Assembly (NCBI GenBank): GCA_964016885.1
Contig: OZ024752.1
Location: 46,810,001 to 46,874,000 of the forward strand
DNA from: Eledone cirrhosa
Lineage: Eukaryota
DNA: 64,000 nucleotides
Direction: 5' to 3'
The first letter of the stretch is position 1. Every line of letters begins with the position of its first letter. A program made the translations under genes and the position numbers. Below are positions 12,831-26,200 of this stretch, piece by piece. Below the pieces are notes generated by a model, which did no database searches, had not been told where the DNA came from, and saw nothing but the letters and a program-made list of their open reading frames with translations.

Positions 12831-13355
12831 ATCTAGGTAACATTCTTTGCTGTGAAACACAAACAAGCTCGGATGACACTAGAAATAGATGAGCAGGAAT
12901 CCTGCTTTGTTCTAAACAAATTTTATGTAGGATGCTCCCCAAAGCTGATACTGGTAAAACCAAAAACATTATACAACCTAAAGTGTTGTCGTTAGAGTTC
13001 AAAATTCCTAAAGCTGGCATTCATCACAATTCTTAATATCATTTCTTTGTTTTAAATATTGTTTCTGACCAGTTCAAATATTTGGATGTGCAGGTCACCT
13101 TTTCACTGACACTAGTTTCATCTAATTTTGAAAGTATTTCAAGAAAGAGAAAAAGGAAAATATATTGAATAATTTCAAATTAAAACAATTTCCACTTTCA
13201 CTTAATCCTGTATTTTATGATAATTAGTTAACAAAAATCCACAAAATATCTTGAAAAATCATCCAAAATGAATAGACCATAAAATACCAAAGCTAGTAGA
13301 CTAGAGACTGAACTGGTATTTAATCCAATGCCCTAACGACTGTCAATTCATAAAC

Positions 13356-13544
13356 TTAACCCTTTAGCATTTAAACCGGCTGAATTCTCACCTCTTTCTG
13401 TTCAAACTGGTTGTAACTGGCCACTCAGGTATTGTTTTCAAAATAAATAATATCAAAATCATAGATTCAATATTATGTGAGGTAAAGCCTTTACTGCAAA
13501 AATACAATAGTAAATATAGAGTAATGTAAATGCTAAAGGGTTAA
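13356..13544. mobile_element. piggyBac-like MITE (TTAA|CCCTTTAGCATTTA...TAAATGCTAAAGGG|TTAA)
   Basis: 14-bp TIRs starting CCC, flanked by TTAA. Confidence 0.8.
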
Positions 13545-14325
13545 CATGCAAGAATTAGCTATATGGCATTTACATAAATTTTGAAGTAAACTGTTAACAT
13601 TGAGTGTGTATCTGTAGTAGAGTGTATTAAATACTGTAATGCTAGATTTGACAGGGAAAACCAACCGACAGGAGACCCAAAGCAAGATGGTTGGATAACA
13701 TCCATGAGCTTGGCTGGTCTCGCTTGGGGATCCAACAGGATCAACTGGAGACAGTTGCTTCTGACAGGACCTGTTGGAAGGAGTGTTTGAGGACTCTGCT
13801 CCCATGAATAAGTCGGCAAAGAAGTTGAATGCTAAGTTTTCAAGAGAAATCCAATAGTGTCCTATTAAACTGAATGTTTAGAATTGTATTTGAGTAGGCA
13901 TTCACTGAGAAAAGATCGAGTCAGTCCCAGCTGGTGCATCTACAACATATTGTCAGCCAACCACAATTCCAACGGTGAGCATCATTTATGAACAAGACAT
14001 GGTTTTCTGGCATACCCAAACCTAGCTAACATGGGGAAACAGATACAAAATGATGCTGATGATGATAATGAACTGTTGTTACATACATCTCACAGCTATG
14101 TAGGTCTAGCTAGCCCTCCTATGAGGATTCTTGGGTGTTTTAATGATAGGGACCCCATTCTGACATGGTGATAAATTGGGAGGCAAAAGTCAAAACGATG
14201 AAATAAAAAAAATGAAAATTAAAAATAGCCAAGAACATAATGAAAAAATTGTTTTTAATTAATTTGTTTCTGAGTTACATAATTAGTAACACTGTCATAT
14301 TTCACCACCCAAATGCTGTTAACAC

Positions 14326-14457
14326 TGAATATTAAGGACTGCAATTATCTTTGACATCTGCAGTGCAATGAATATTAAGGACTGCAATCATCTTTGACAT
14401 TTGAAGTGCAATGAATATTAAGGACTGCAATCATCTTTGACATCTGCAGTGCAATGA
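14326..14457. repeat. 43-bp tandem repeat x3 just downstream of the PSMD2 stop (probable 3' UTR)
   Basis: TGAATATTAAGGACTGCAATCATCTTTGACATCTGCAGTGCAA. Confidence 0.85.
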
Positions 14458-14568
14458 AATTGTGTTGTAATGTCTTCTGCTAATGAGTTGCAAAAAACAG
14501 CCATGAATATGTCAAAAAAATGTAAAGATTAACAATGGAAGAGAAAAAAAAAACCAAAAAAACATGCG

Positions 14569-14636
14569 TTAGGCTACATAATCTGCATTTTTTTTTAGAA
14601 TGACAAAACCTTCCATGACTGGTGTGAGAGGGATAT
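14569..14636 (-). CDS. PSMD2: PSMD2 exon 22, terminal ([22 protein letters not shown])
   Basis: CAG acceptor preceded by CCTTAAC; matches the conserved PSMD2 C-terminus P.TP.LEGFVIL.KN; stop TAA. Confidence 0.93.
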
Positions 14637-17158
14637 CTGTAAAATATGGTTAAGGCATAATAAGATAACAGAAATAAATAAACAAAAAACCAAACTTTAT
14701 GGGCCCCAATTCTGCCCAAGGGAAAGGAAAAGGTTGATGCAGTATAACAGCAGAAGCTGCAGGATTAACCTCCAGCTTTTAGCGCTGAGTGGACATAAAA
14801 TGTCTTGCTCAAGAACACAATATGCCATCCAGTCCAGAATTCCTGACCTTATGGTAGTGATCCTAACACTCCTAACTGGGATATGCAGCTTCACATAATT
14901 AGTGAAATACTCAACAGTTGGTCAGGTAACAAGCTAAAAGAGAGGTAACCAGTTAACCTCTTCAGTGCCATAGACAAGGTAACTCGTCCTAACATGTTTG
15001 AACTTGTTTCCAACAGTTCATAACATCAAAGTTATGAACTTGTCCCAACAGTTCATAACTTCAAAGCTAGATGGGGTTACTAGTATAATGTTGTGACGTT
15101 TGTCAATCAAAATTTCATCACTCGTCTCACCTAATTTTACTGGGGAAAAAAAACGCGGCACAGCAACCGTAGCTGTGTAAAATATACACAGCAGTCAACA
15201 GGTTAAATATACGTAGAAACCAACGTTCTAAGCCGTGCAGTTGCTCTATTGGTGCAATGCACAACAAAATGATGCCACTCAATAGGTCTAAAGATGAAAT
15301 ATTTTTGCTCAAAGCATTCCACCAAAGATTCCACCAGAGGGGTACATTACATACAATGCATGTCAGCATGGAGAAGTGGACTCAAGATAATGATAAATAC
15401 TTAAAAAAAACAAAAGTTTTGTATCATAAAAGTGGCACAAACTGTACGTGGGATGATATCAAAAGTGTTAAGAATAAAAAAGTACTTAAAATAAAACAAC
15501 AACAACAAAGTGGAAATATTTGAAAAGAACAGCAAAAGGATACATTCGTTAGTTGCTAATTCAGCTCTTTCTCCATATGCCAGCAGTACAGGTGTGTTAT
15601 GGGTCTGAAAACCAGTAATTGTCTTCGGTTTACCTGCCTGACCAACTACACTCACTGCCTGAAATTGTTGGAATAAAAAAAATTTAAATTATTATTATGT
15701 GGAGGCACATGGCTTAGTGGTTAGAGCATTGGCCTTGCAATCGAAAGGTTGTGAGTTCAATTCTCAGACCGGGTGATGTGTTGTTTCCTTGAGCAAGACA
15801 CTTTATTTCACATTGCTCCAGTTTACTCAGCTGTAGAAATGAGATGATAGGGACTGGGGTCCCTATCATTCCACTGCAAAGTGGTCGTGAAGGTGCCACG
15901 GCAAAAAACCACCCAGCACTCACTGTAAATGAGGTTGGTGTTAGGAAGGGCATCCAGCTGTAGAAATCAAGCCAGAATCAGTTTCCGTCCCACCCTTGCA
16001 AGCAGGGAAAAAGCGGACGTAAAATGAAATGAAAATGAAATGATATTCATTGTAAAAAAGGAGATATTACTGGAAAAGAAAATAATTGTTTCTACCTTTG
16101 GCACAAGGCCAGCAATTACCCCAGTGCATAACTGGTACTTTATTTTATCGACCCCCGTAAGGATGAAAGACGTTAACCTCGACAGGATTTGAACTCAGAC
16201 TGCAAAGCGCCGTAACTCCATGCTGCAAAGCATAGCGTCCGACCCTCTGCCAACCCACCGCTCTTCTGGAAGAGAAAATAACACAATAAGATATTTGTTG
16301 AATTTTCCTTCATTTAATATGGTTTATAACAACCCTCATTTTAAGGCCAGCTTTCCCTGCTAAAGAGTTAGCCTTGCAGGCCCAATAACATGTTCTTCTA
16401 GTCTTCCCCATACCCTGTGCCACCCCGCCACCATCAACAGCCCCACTTCCCCGGTCTTCCCCTTCCTCTACTTCCTTCCACATTCATTTTCATCACTCCT
16501 CTCACCCAATCATATTCATCACTCCTCCTCAACACATGACCCTGGTCATATTCCCATCTCCCTGAGTAATATTCTCACCCATCCACCAAGCCATTCTCAT
16601 GTCTCTTCTCTCCAGCTTTCTCTCCTGCTCTAATATTTATCATCTGCCACCCATGATTCACTCTCATCAAACTAGGACATTACTCACACGTATTTTTAAA
16701 CAACAACTTACCTGTCCTACTCTGACAGATACAGCAAATGGTTCCAATTTCTCATCCAAAGTTATAAGCATTCTTGGTTGTATAGCAGATACTAAATGGT
16801 ACAGTACATAATGGGAATTGCCAAGGATAACTGAAATTAAAAATGGTTTTTTAAACACATCAGGCAAGGATTTATTATCATTTTTAAAGAAATAACAAAT
16901 CATAGATTGTTGACAGGACAATTACCATCATCATCGTTTAACATCCATTTTCTATGCTAGCATGGGTTAGATAGGTTGTCCCATTAGAAGCAAGTTGGGT
17001 CAGGCGACCGTGTCTTACGCATATAGAACTGTTTTATCAACAAACCCAGGTCTATCACTGAACTAAAAGAAAATATTAGGGAGGAGATCAGAGCCATCCC
17101 AAGGTCTGTAAAAATGGAACAAGTGTTTTTCTTTAGCTACCCTGTATGTGAATGTATG

Positions 17159-17228
<70 letters not shown>

Positions 17229-20200
17229 GTAAGTAACTGTGACTGCTAATGTGTATATAAATATACACATTTTTAATATACAGATAGAAATACAAACTGC
17301 CCTGTTAATTGAATAAATGATAAACACCTTTAATTGATTTTTTAACCTAATTGGGTCCTAATCAGGAGGTGTGTATATCATCTAAGCAACCACAAGGAAA
17401 AATGTATTTGATGGGATTATATACACATTCGTTTATAGTAGTATCCTGAAATGAAAATTGATTAAAGCTGTTTATCATTTTTTCAATGATAGAAGTAGGG
17501 AGGATAACATCAAATTACCATTTTCTAAACAAATTTAACAGAAAATGGTTGTCATATGACACTTGTCTTTTATTATAAAGATATATATACAACCCTCAAT
17601 AATGATTTTGTTAAAGCTTGGTGAAGAATCCAAAAATTATGTCTGTCAAATAATGATTTAAGTATTAGTATTTATAATATTATGGAGACAATTCAACTAC
17701 TTACTGGTATTAACATCAAGACAGGATATGAGTACAGACAACAAGCCTGCAACAGCTACTGGGCTCATCAAAGATCTGTCACTATGATAAGGACAAAGAG
17801 TGAGAGTCCCTTTACCTAAGCAAGTCAAACCTTGTGCTAGGCGCACCATAAATAAGTTTTTTGGCTCTTTACTATAATATTCAGCCAGCGAATGTAACAG
17901 AGCAACCAATCGTGCATTGTTAGTACCTGTAGAAGAAAAAAATATAGGGGGCAATTAGAATCCATCATCAACAATTTTCATGCTGGCATGGGTTAAATGG
18001 ATTGTCACAGTCTGAGACTAGATAGCAAAGTGTGCCCAGAGTGGGATATATTATTTTTTGAAGTTTTTCCTATCATTGTATATTGCAAATTTTCTGTTGA
18101 ATACAACAGGGAGAAGAAGCAAAATACCACAGTTAAAAATATTGTGTCTATGGAATTTTATGATAAAAAACCCACAAAATATCTTGAAAAATAATCCAAA
18201 ATGAATAGGCTATAAAATATCAAAGCTAGTAAACTAGAGACTGAACTGGTGTTTAATCCAATGCCCTAACGACTCTGTCAATTCATAAACTTAACCCTTT
18301 AGCATTTAAACCGGTTGTATCTGGCCAGAATTCTCTCACCTCTTTCTGTTCAAACCAGCTGTAACTGGCTATTCATACTGAGGTTAAGGTATTGTTGTCA
18401 AATTAAATAATATGAAAATCTCATAGATTTGATATTATGTGAGATATTATGAGAGATAAAGACTTTACCGTGAAAATATAATAGTATATATAGAATAATG
18501 TAAATGCTAAAGGGTAAAATGGTGTACAGAGAGGAAATTGAAAAAACAAACAAGAGTAACTTGTATAAGCCAATCTCTATGGTTTGCCTTACCTGCACCA
18601 ACGATACCCATAGCTAAAATAGCATTATAACTGACTTCAGCATCATTGTCATGTGAAAACTTGCTTAGGGTATCCAAAATCTGTAGTTTGGGATTGGAAG
18701 CTGACACTAATGCTAAAGCCAAAGGAACAGCTCGTCGGATAACTGGTTCTCCATAACGTAACTGAAACCAAACCAAGAAAAACATTTAAAATTTACCAAC
18801 CTGGCCAAAACTGGCTCTGGTCCTATAAAATAAAACCATCAATTTAAAAGGTTTCCAATTTAAATTAAAATCGTCCAACATGATTTTATAAAAGAACCTT
18901 ACATTAAGTTACTATCTTAGTAATTAAATAATTAATAATTTTAGTAAATCCTTCAAAATTCTTCATTAATTAATTAAAATAAAGTGTATTTCATTAGAAA
19001 TGCAGTCATGAAAAGTTTAAAATTTACCAACAAAGAGTCATGTGAACATCTATACAAATATATAATATAAAGGTGTATATGGTTCTATATACAATGTTTA
19101 TGCATAATAAGCATATATATAAATCTTGCAGTGAGTGTTTTTAACTGTGACATGATCACACTTTAAAATACTCACAGCAAGACTTATGTATATTTATTTT
19201 ACATAAACATATTGTATATAGATCCATATACATCTTTATTCTGAACCAGGCCATGTTAGTGCTATATAATATATTATTGAAAAAAAAAAAAAAAATTGGT
19301 TGTCACACTTTCAACATGACTGTAAATGTAAAGACCTCTTTATCCTATGTTTGTTACCATCGGAAATATATCAGTCATCTTAAAGTATAATGAGAGATTA
19401 AGAGATAAAAACTTACCAAGTGTCCAAAAGTTCTGAAAGACATTTCAGCTCCAATCTCTTCACCCATAGAAATAAGTGCAATTCCTATAACAGCCAAACC
19501 TGGCAGAGAACAAAGCAAATAATTTAAAACATAAAATAACAACAAATTAAATAAAGAAAGAAACATGAAGGAGATATAAGATAAAAGGTTAATCACATAA
19601 GGTTTGTTTTTACTACATTTCTCTAGGCACAGCTGAGTGATTAAGAAATTCTCTTCACAATCATAAGGTCTTGTGTTTGGTCCCACTGCATGGCATCTTG
19701 GGAAAGTGTCTTTATCATAGCTTTGGGCTGATCCAAACTAGGATTTAGTAATATAATTAAGTTTCTCATTATTAACCCTTTATCATTTACATTGCTATTA
19801 TATTTTCACAGTAAAGGTGTTATCTCACTTAATATTGAATCTATAAGATTTTGATATTATCTATTTTGAGAACAATACCTTAACATAAGTATAAGCAGAA
19901 AGAAGTGAAATGATCCTGGCCAGATATGGCTGTTTAAATGGTAAAGGGTTAAAGACAGTGAAGAGCCAAGTAATAGTAAAAACAGTAAACAAAAGTGAAA
20001 CATTAACAACTAGTTCATTAAGATCTTTTCATACAAACTCAGCTTCTATGAAGCATTTAAATTAAAATCTTTCAATAATTTTATATAAGAATAACTTAAG
20101 TTACTGTCTTAATAATTAATTGAAATAGTGTGTATTTCATGAGAGATATGGTGACGAAAGGGTTAAAATAACTCACCTTGTTGAGCTGAGAGATCAGGTT

Positions 20201-23200
20201 TGGCAAAACCTACATCTTTGTCTCTTTTATCATCTTTCTTCTTTCTATCACCCTCCTGAAATTAATATTTAAGTCATTTCATATTATTTAAGCCATTCAT
20301 TAACAGTAACACCAAAGTCTATAGTTATACACAATCACTTTAAGACCAACTCTTTCATTTCCAAATTATCTTGGACTGACTTTTGCTAGCAAAATACCTG
20401 AAACTGCTTTTGGTTCTCTGATACCAAACTGTTTGTTTTCAAAATCTGTATATTTATCTAAAAACCTTCCATCATAGATTCATGTAAAAACCTTTGTTAA
20501 GCTATGCTTCAAATATCAACTTAATGAGAAAGTTAGTTACAATACTAAAATCCTACAAATTCTTCGTCATTTTCACATTTATTTGAAAATCATAAACAGT
20601 GTCTTTGATTAGAAATAAGGCAGTGAAAGCTCTCTCAATAACCTGGAATCAGTTTGAAGATTTAATACACTAAGAGTTTACACTTTAACCTGTTGGTAAT
20701 CATTAAAGAAAAAAGCAATCAAAAACTTGGATGTATTTAGTAATATAACTAAACATAGGTTCTTACATTTTAGATAAACACAATCACTTTAAAACAAATA
20801 ACTTTGTATCATACAACTAAAGATGATTAGTATCTTGTAATGACTCAGCAGAAAACATATAAAAACAAGATTGTAAATTCGAATGTTTATTAGCGGACAG
20901 ATTGTGAAAATTATTATAGCAAACACATCTATAATGTGATTATCATAGAGATGTTTTATACTTTTCAATAATGTCTTATTATGTGTTTTCATGTTACAGG
21001 ACATTAAGAGTTAACGAGGTGAATGAGCAATTGTTTCATGAAATTAGGTACAGTAAAACCTCGTAATATGAGTGCGCCATTGTACCAGTAATTTGCTGTA
21101 CAAGCCAAGGCTTGTGCAAATTTTTGTCTTGTAGTACAAGTGGAAATCTACAGTATGAGCGAGTTTTATACAAGCGACTGCTACTCAGCACTGAGCTTGC
21201 ACACACTCTCCCAACAAGCTCATCCTCCACTCGCTCAGTTCATGAATTTATCTTGTGATAACATCCCTATTGCATTTTCCCAGTGTTTTTTTTTTTTTAG
21301 TTTTGTGTGTTTTGCTACTATTTTATAATCCAAAACAATAGTGAAGGCCTGTGGCTGAGTGGTTAGAGAATTGGATTCGCAATCTTGAGGTTGTGAGTTT
21401 GATTCCTGGACCGGACGATGCGTTATGTCCTTGAGCAAGACACTTTATTTCACGCTGCTCCTTCTACCTGGAGTTGCGACCGTTAGATAGTACTAGCAAT
21501 TGGAAAGACCGACGAAAACATTGTTTCCTCGGTCTGATTTGACGAAAGTCGATTGATCCTTTTTTTATTTTATAATAAACTGCACCTTTTCTGTTTTAAA
21601 ACTCATAAAAAATTATTTTTGGGTGGTTTGGGGGCTGGAACGGATTATTTATATCTTAATTTCAATAGGGAAAATTGATTTGTAAAATGAGTAAATTGTA
21701 AAACGAGCTCGGTCATAGAACATATTAAACTTGTACTACGAGTTATCACTGTATATATCCAAAACAATAGAAACAACACATTAAACAACAAATTTGAAAG
21801 AAATACACACAACATGAATTTCAAAATAGAGACTGACCTGGTCTTTCGATTCATCATGCTCAGAACATAAATGTAAAAGTTGTTGAATCTTTAACACATT
21901 GCCGGTACCTAAAAATGTAGTTAGATGTATATTTGTCACCATTTTATGTCTATTTTTTAATAACTTTTTTTTTTTAACCCTTTAGCATTTACATTACTCT
22001 ATATATACTTTTGTATTTTCATGGTAAAGGCTTTACTTCACGTAACATTTACATTACTCTATATATACTTTTGTATTTTCATGGTAAAGGCTTTACCTCA
22101 CGTAACATTTACATTACTCTATATATACTATTGAATTTTCATGGTAAAGGCTTTACCTCACGTAACATTTACATTACTCTATATATACTTTTGTATTTTC
22201 ATGGTAAAGGCTTTACCTCACGTAACATTTACATTACTCTATATATACTATTGAATTTTCATGGTAAAGGCTTTACCTCACGTAACATTTACATTACTCT
22301 ATATATACTATTGAATTTTCATGGTAAAGGCTTTACCTCACATAATATCGAATCTATAAGATTTTGATGTTATTTATTTTGAGAACAATACCTTAACATT
22401 AGTATGGGTGGCCAGTTATGGCTGATTTGAACAGAAATAGGTGAGAGAATTCTGGCCGGATATAGCCGGTTTAAATAAGTGCATGCCCCCCCTCTGTAGA
22501 GCTTGTGAAAAGGGTTCCGTCTTCTTGGCACTGAAACTTCAAATGAGGTTCCATCTCCCAAAGACCTGTTAACTGACAAGGCATTGGTCAACTGAAGACT
22601 TTAGTAGACACGCTCAAGATACTGCACAGTAGAACTGAACCCAAAGCCACATTGTTGGTTGTGAAGTGAACAACCACAGTGATGACCGTGCCAATCCAAA
22701 TATCATCATCATCATCATCATCATCATTTTACGTCCGCTTTTCCCTGCTTGCAAGGGTGGGACGGGAACTGATTCTGGCTTGATTTCTACAGCTGGATGC
22801 CCTTCCTAACACCATCCTCATTTACAGTGAGTGCTGGGTGCTTTTTTGCCGTGGCACCTCCACGACCACTTTGCAGTGGAATGATATAGACCCCAGTCCC
22901 TATCATCTCATTTCTACAGCTGAGTAAACTGGAGCAATGTGAAATAAAGTGTCTTGCTCAAGGAAACAACACATCCCCCGGTCTGAGAATTGAACTCACA
23001 ACCTTTCGATTGCAAGGCCAATGCTCTAACCACTAAGCCATGTGCCTCCATATATATATTTTTCACAATATCAGACAAAACAACTATTCAGCATCTTACC
23101 TGCATAAGCACAAATATTTACTAACATCTTAGTCATAGATTTCAACGGCTCAGCCACAACTTCCAAAGTAACCATTATTGTTTCAATACCTTCTTGTTTA

Positions 23201-26200
23201 CCTTTAATAAATAAAAAACATAAATAAACCATTGACATTTCTTCCATGTCAACAACAACAACAACAAGCAGTTTAAGGTCATCTGAAGATCAAAGCAAGG
23301 TTTTTTTAGCTTTGCAGGCCACACGAGAAGCTTTATACTCATCATAGAGTTAAAGAGATTTAGTCAATTATAGTGACCCCAGTAATTATTTTTTTCAAGC
23401 CTGGTATTTGTTTTATCAATCTGTTTTTGCTGAACTGCTAAGTTACATAAACATACATCTATATAAATGCATATATGGACCCATACACAAGTTTATATAT
23501 AAATAACATACATATATACATATGGTGAAGGCAAGGTGTTTTTCTGGAAGACCAGCAGTTGCATATGCATGCCAGTCTCACTTCCCCATGCTGACCCAGC
23601 TTGGCACAAATGTTGTTGCAACTCATTTTTTCCAGCTGACTGGACTGGAGCAATGTGAAATAAATTGTTTGCTCAAGGGCACAATGCATTGCACGGTCTG
23701 GGGAAATGAATTCATGACCATACGATTATAAGTTCAACACACTAATCACTAAGCTACACATCTTCACGGGGGGGGGGGGGGTCACAGCTACACACAATTT
23801 GAATACATACCAAGATATACCAAAGCTAGACCTAAAGCCACATATCGTGCATATGTGTTATGGAGTTGGTCAGCAGGCCATTCTATCAGTTTGGTTGCAA
23901 TGGTTGAAGAGACTTCGCCACTATCACTGCCACTACCCACAGAGATCAGGCCACAAGACAAACAAGCCATTCCAATGACCTGAAATATAAACAAGATACA
24001 AATAAAAAAAAATATATATATATCAGACATTTATTTAAGAGACACACAGACATAAAACCCGTTGGTTACTATATTTCTAATGAAAGATACTGCTGAGGGT
24101 TTTCCCAGGATTTTGAAAATAATAAAAAATTTGGAGAAATTTAGTAATCTAATCTAATCTCATTAAGCTGGTGTTAGGAAAGTTTATAGATAAATATGTT
24201 TTAATAAAAACAGGGGTAGACAGGAGCACATGAAATATGGTGTGTTGCTCAAGGACAACATATCGTCCTGTCTAGGAATTGAACACATGACATTTTGATG
24301 ATGAACTCAACACCATAACTACTAGGTTGCATACACATACTCATATAAATGAGGAAAATAAACAAGCACACCTACCTCCTCTTTAGAATCTTTTGCACTA
24401 ATGACTGGAAGTAATGTTTCAATGACGTCTTGTCGGTTGGAACCAGCATAAGCTAGGCCCAATCTAGCAGGAAAAAATAATAATACACTTTTCTAAAAAC
24501 AATCACAAAAGAGAGGTTTATTTAATGGAATCAAAAATAAGAACAATAGTGGCATTTCATTTTATTAACATGGTGGGATGAGAAACAGTTTAGCAGAGAA
24601 ACTAAATACGTGATTCGGCACTGTATGAGGTCTGCATGTGAACTGCAATTCTACAATGGCAGTGAAACATTGACCTTAATTGCAGAAGATTTATAAAGGC
24701 TACAAAGAAATTAAGGAAGCATACTCCCAGACGACAGAGTCTTGTTGGTAGGTGTACGGTCTTCCTTTGCTAGTCCCCCTATCCAAGGTTTCACAACACT
24801 CACCAACACCTCCTTATTGTTAGCAGCATTGACCCTTAAGCCCTGAGAAAAGAAGTGAGGGAGAAAGACATCTCCCTTGCTGCTCACGACTCCTAGAACC
24901 ATCAGTTGTCAAAAACTTTGGGTGCATAACCATTGGAATGTCTTTAGGGTCCCTGCATAACCATTTGTAATTCCTTTGGTCCTGATCAAAATTTTTCTCA
25001 TCAGAGAATAATCAAAGTATTCTAGGCTCTTTATGTTTCAACTTGCTCAACAAGTACTTTGCACAGATCAAAGTTATTTTTTGTCTTTGCAGACATAAAT
25101 TGGCTTCTCCGCACTGGACAACCCTTCACACGTGACTGAACTTGAAACCACAGTTACAATGTTATCTTAACCATATGGCCTTGCCTGTGGCAATGTCTTT
25201 CATTAGAAAAATGGTAACGAAAGTGTGAAATTCATATTTCCAATGTGTCATATCAGTTCTATTAAAATTCTACATGTTGAAACTGAAATGTGTATTTACC
25301 CTACAACTGAACCAATACACATTATTGGGTTTTGATCACGAACATAATCCCTTAAAAGAGCTTGAGCTGGATCACATTCATGGCGAACACCTGAGCTAAC
25401 AATACCACAAGCTAAAAGGGCACCAGCCTGAAAGAAAAAAGAAAACAGTAATAATAATGATAATATTAATTTAGGCACAATGCCAATAATTTTAGGGGAA
25501 GGAAAACGTGGATAAATTTGACAATATGCTTGACTGTTGTATTATTTATCAATTCCTGAAGAACCACATCAGAACAAACACATTAACCCTTTAGCATTCA
25601 CATTACTCTATATTTACTATGGTATTTTCATGGTAAAGGTTTTACCTCACATAATATTGAATCTATGAGATTTTGATATTATTTATTTTGAGAACAAATC
25701 TTAATGTCAGTATGAGTGGCCGTTTAAAGCCAGTTTGAACAGAAAGTGGTGAGAGAATTCTGGCTGGATGTGGCTGGTTTAAATGCTAAAGGGTTAAAGG
25801 ATTTTTTTTCCACGCTTTAATAACTAAAGATGTTAGAGAAAATGAAAGCCAGGGAGTTGGTGAATGGTGATGCACATGATAGGGCAAAATAGAAAAGCTT
25901 GTTGAAAGATCTGCAACGCTTACTGCTTTTGCAGGGAAAATGGCCTTAAAATATTTGCAATATACCCTGACCACCTCAATTACTTTATAAAGCAATTTCT
26001 TTGCCAGCACACTCCATCCAGAAGAATTTGTATCTGTTGTGTCCCTTGCATGTGAGGTGCCTGACTGATGCTATTCTCCATCTGACTTTCTACATGCCTA
26101 TATTTCAGCATCTTTACAATCTCTCCAGACCTACCTTTCATTGTGCCAACTCTGAAGGTTTGTACCTGACAGGATGAAGGGAGTTTCCAGTGTTGTTGAT

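Noticed and set aside
13040-13121. Minus-strand acceptor and short frame (ETSVSEKVTCTSK...) considered as the PSMD2 last exon
   Set aside because: No PSMD2 homology; the true terminal exon is 14569-14636.
15701-15775. tRNA-like heads of SINE copies as tRNA genes
   Set aside because: They continue directly into SINE core and tail sequence and lack a proper acceptor stem.
15714-15953. Recurrent [17 protein letters not shown]...LQGQCSNH appearing several times as a gene family
   Set aside because: Antisense translation of SINE family A.
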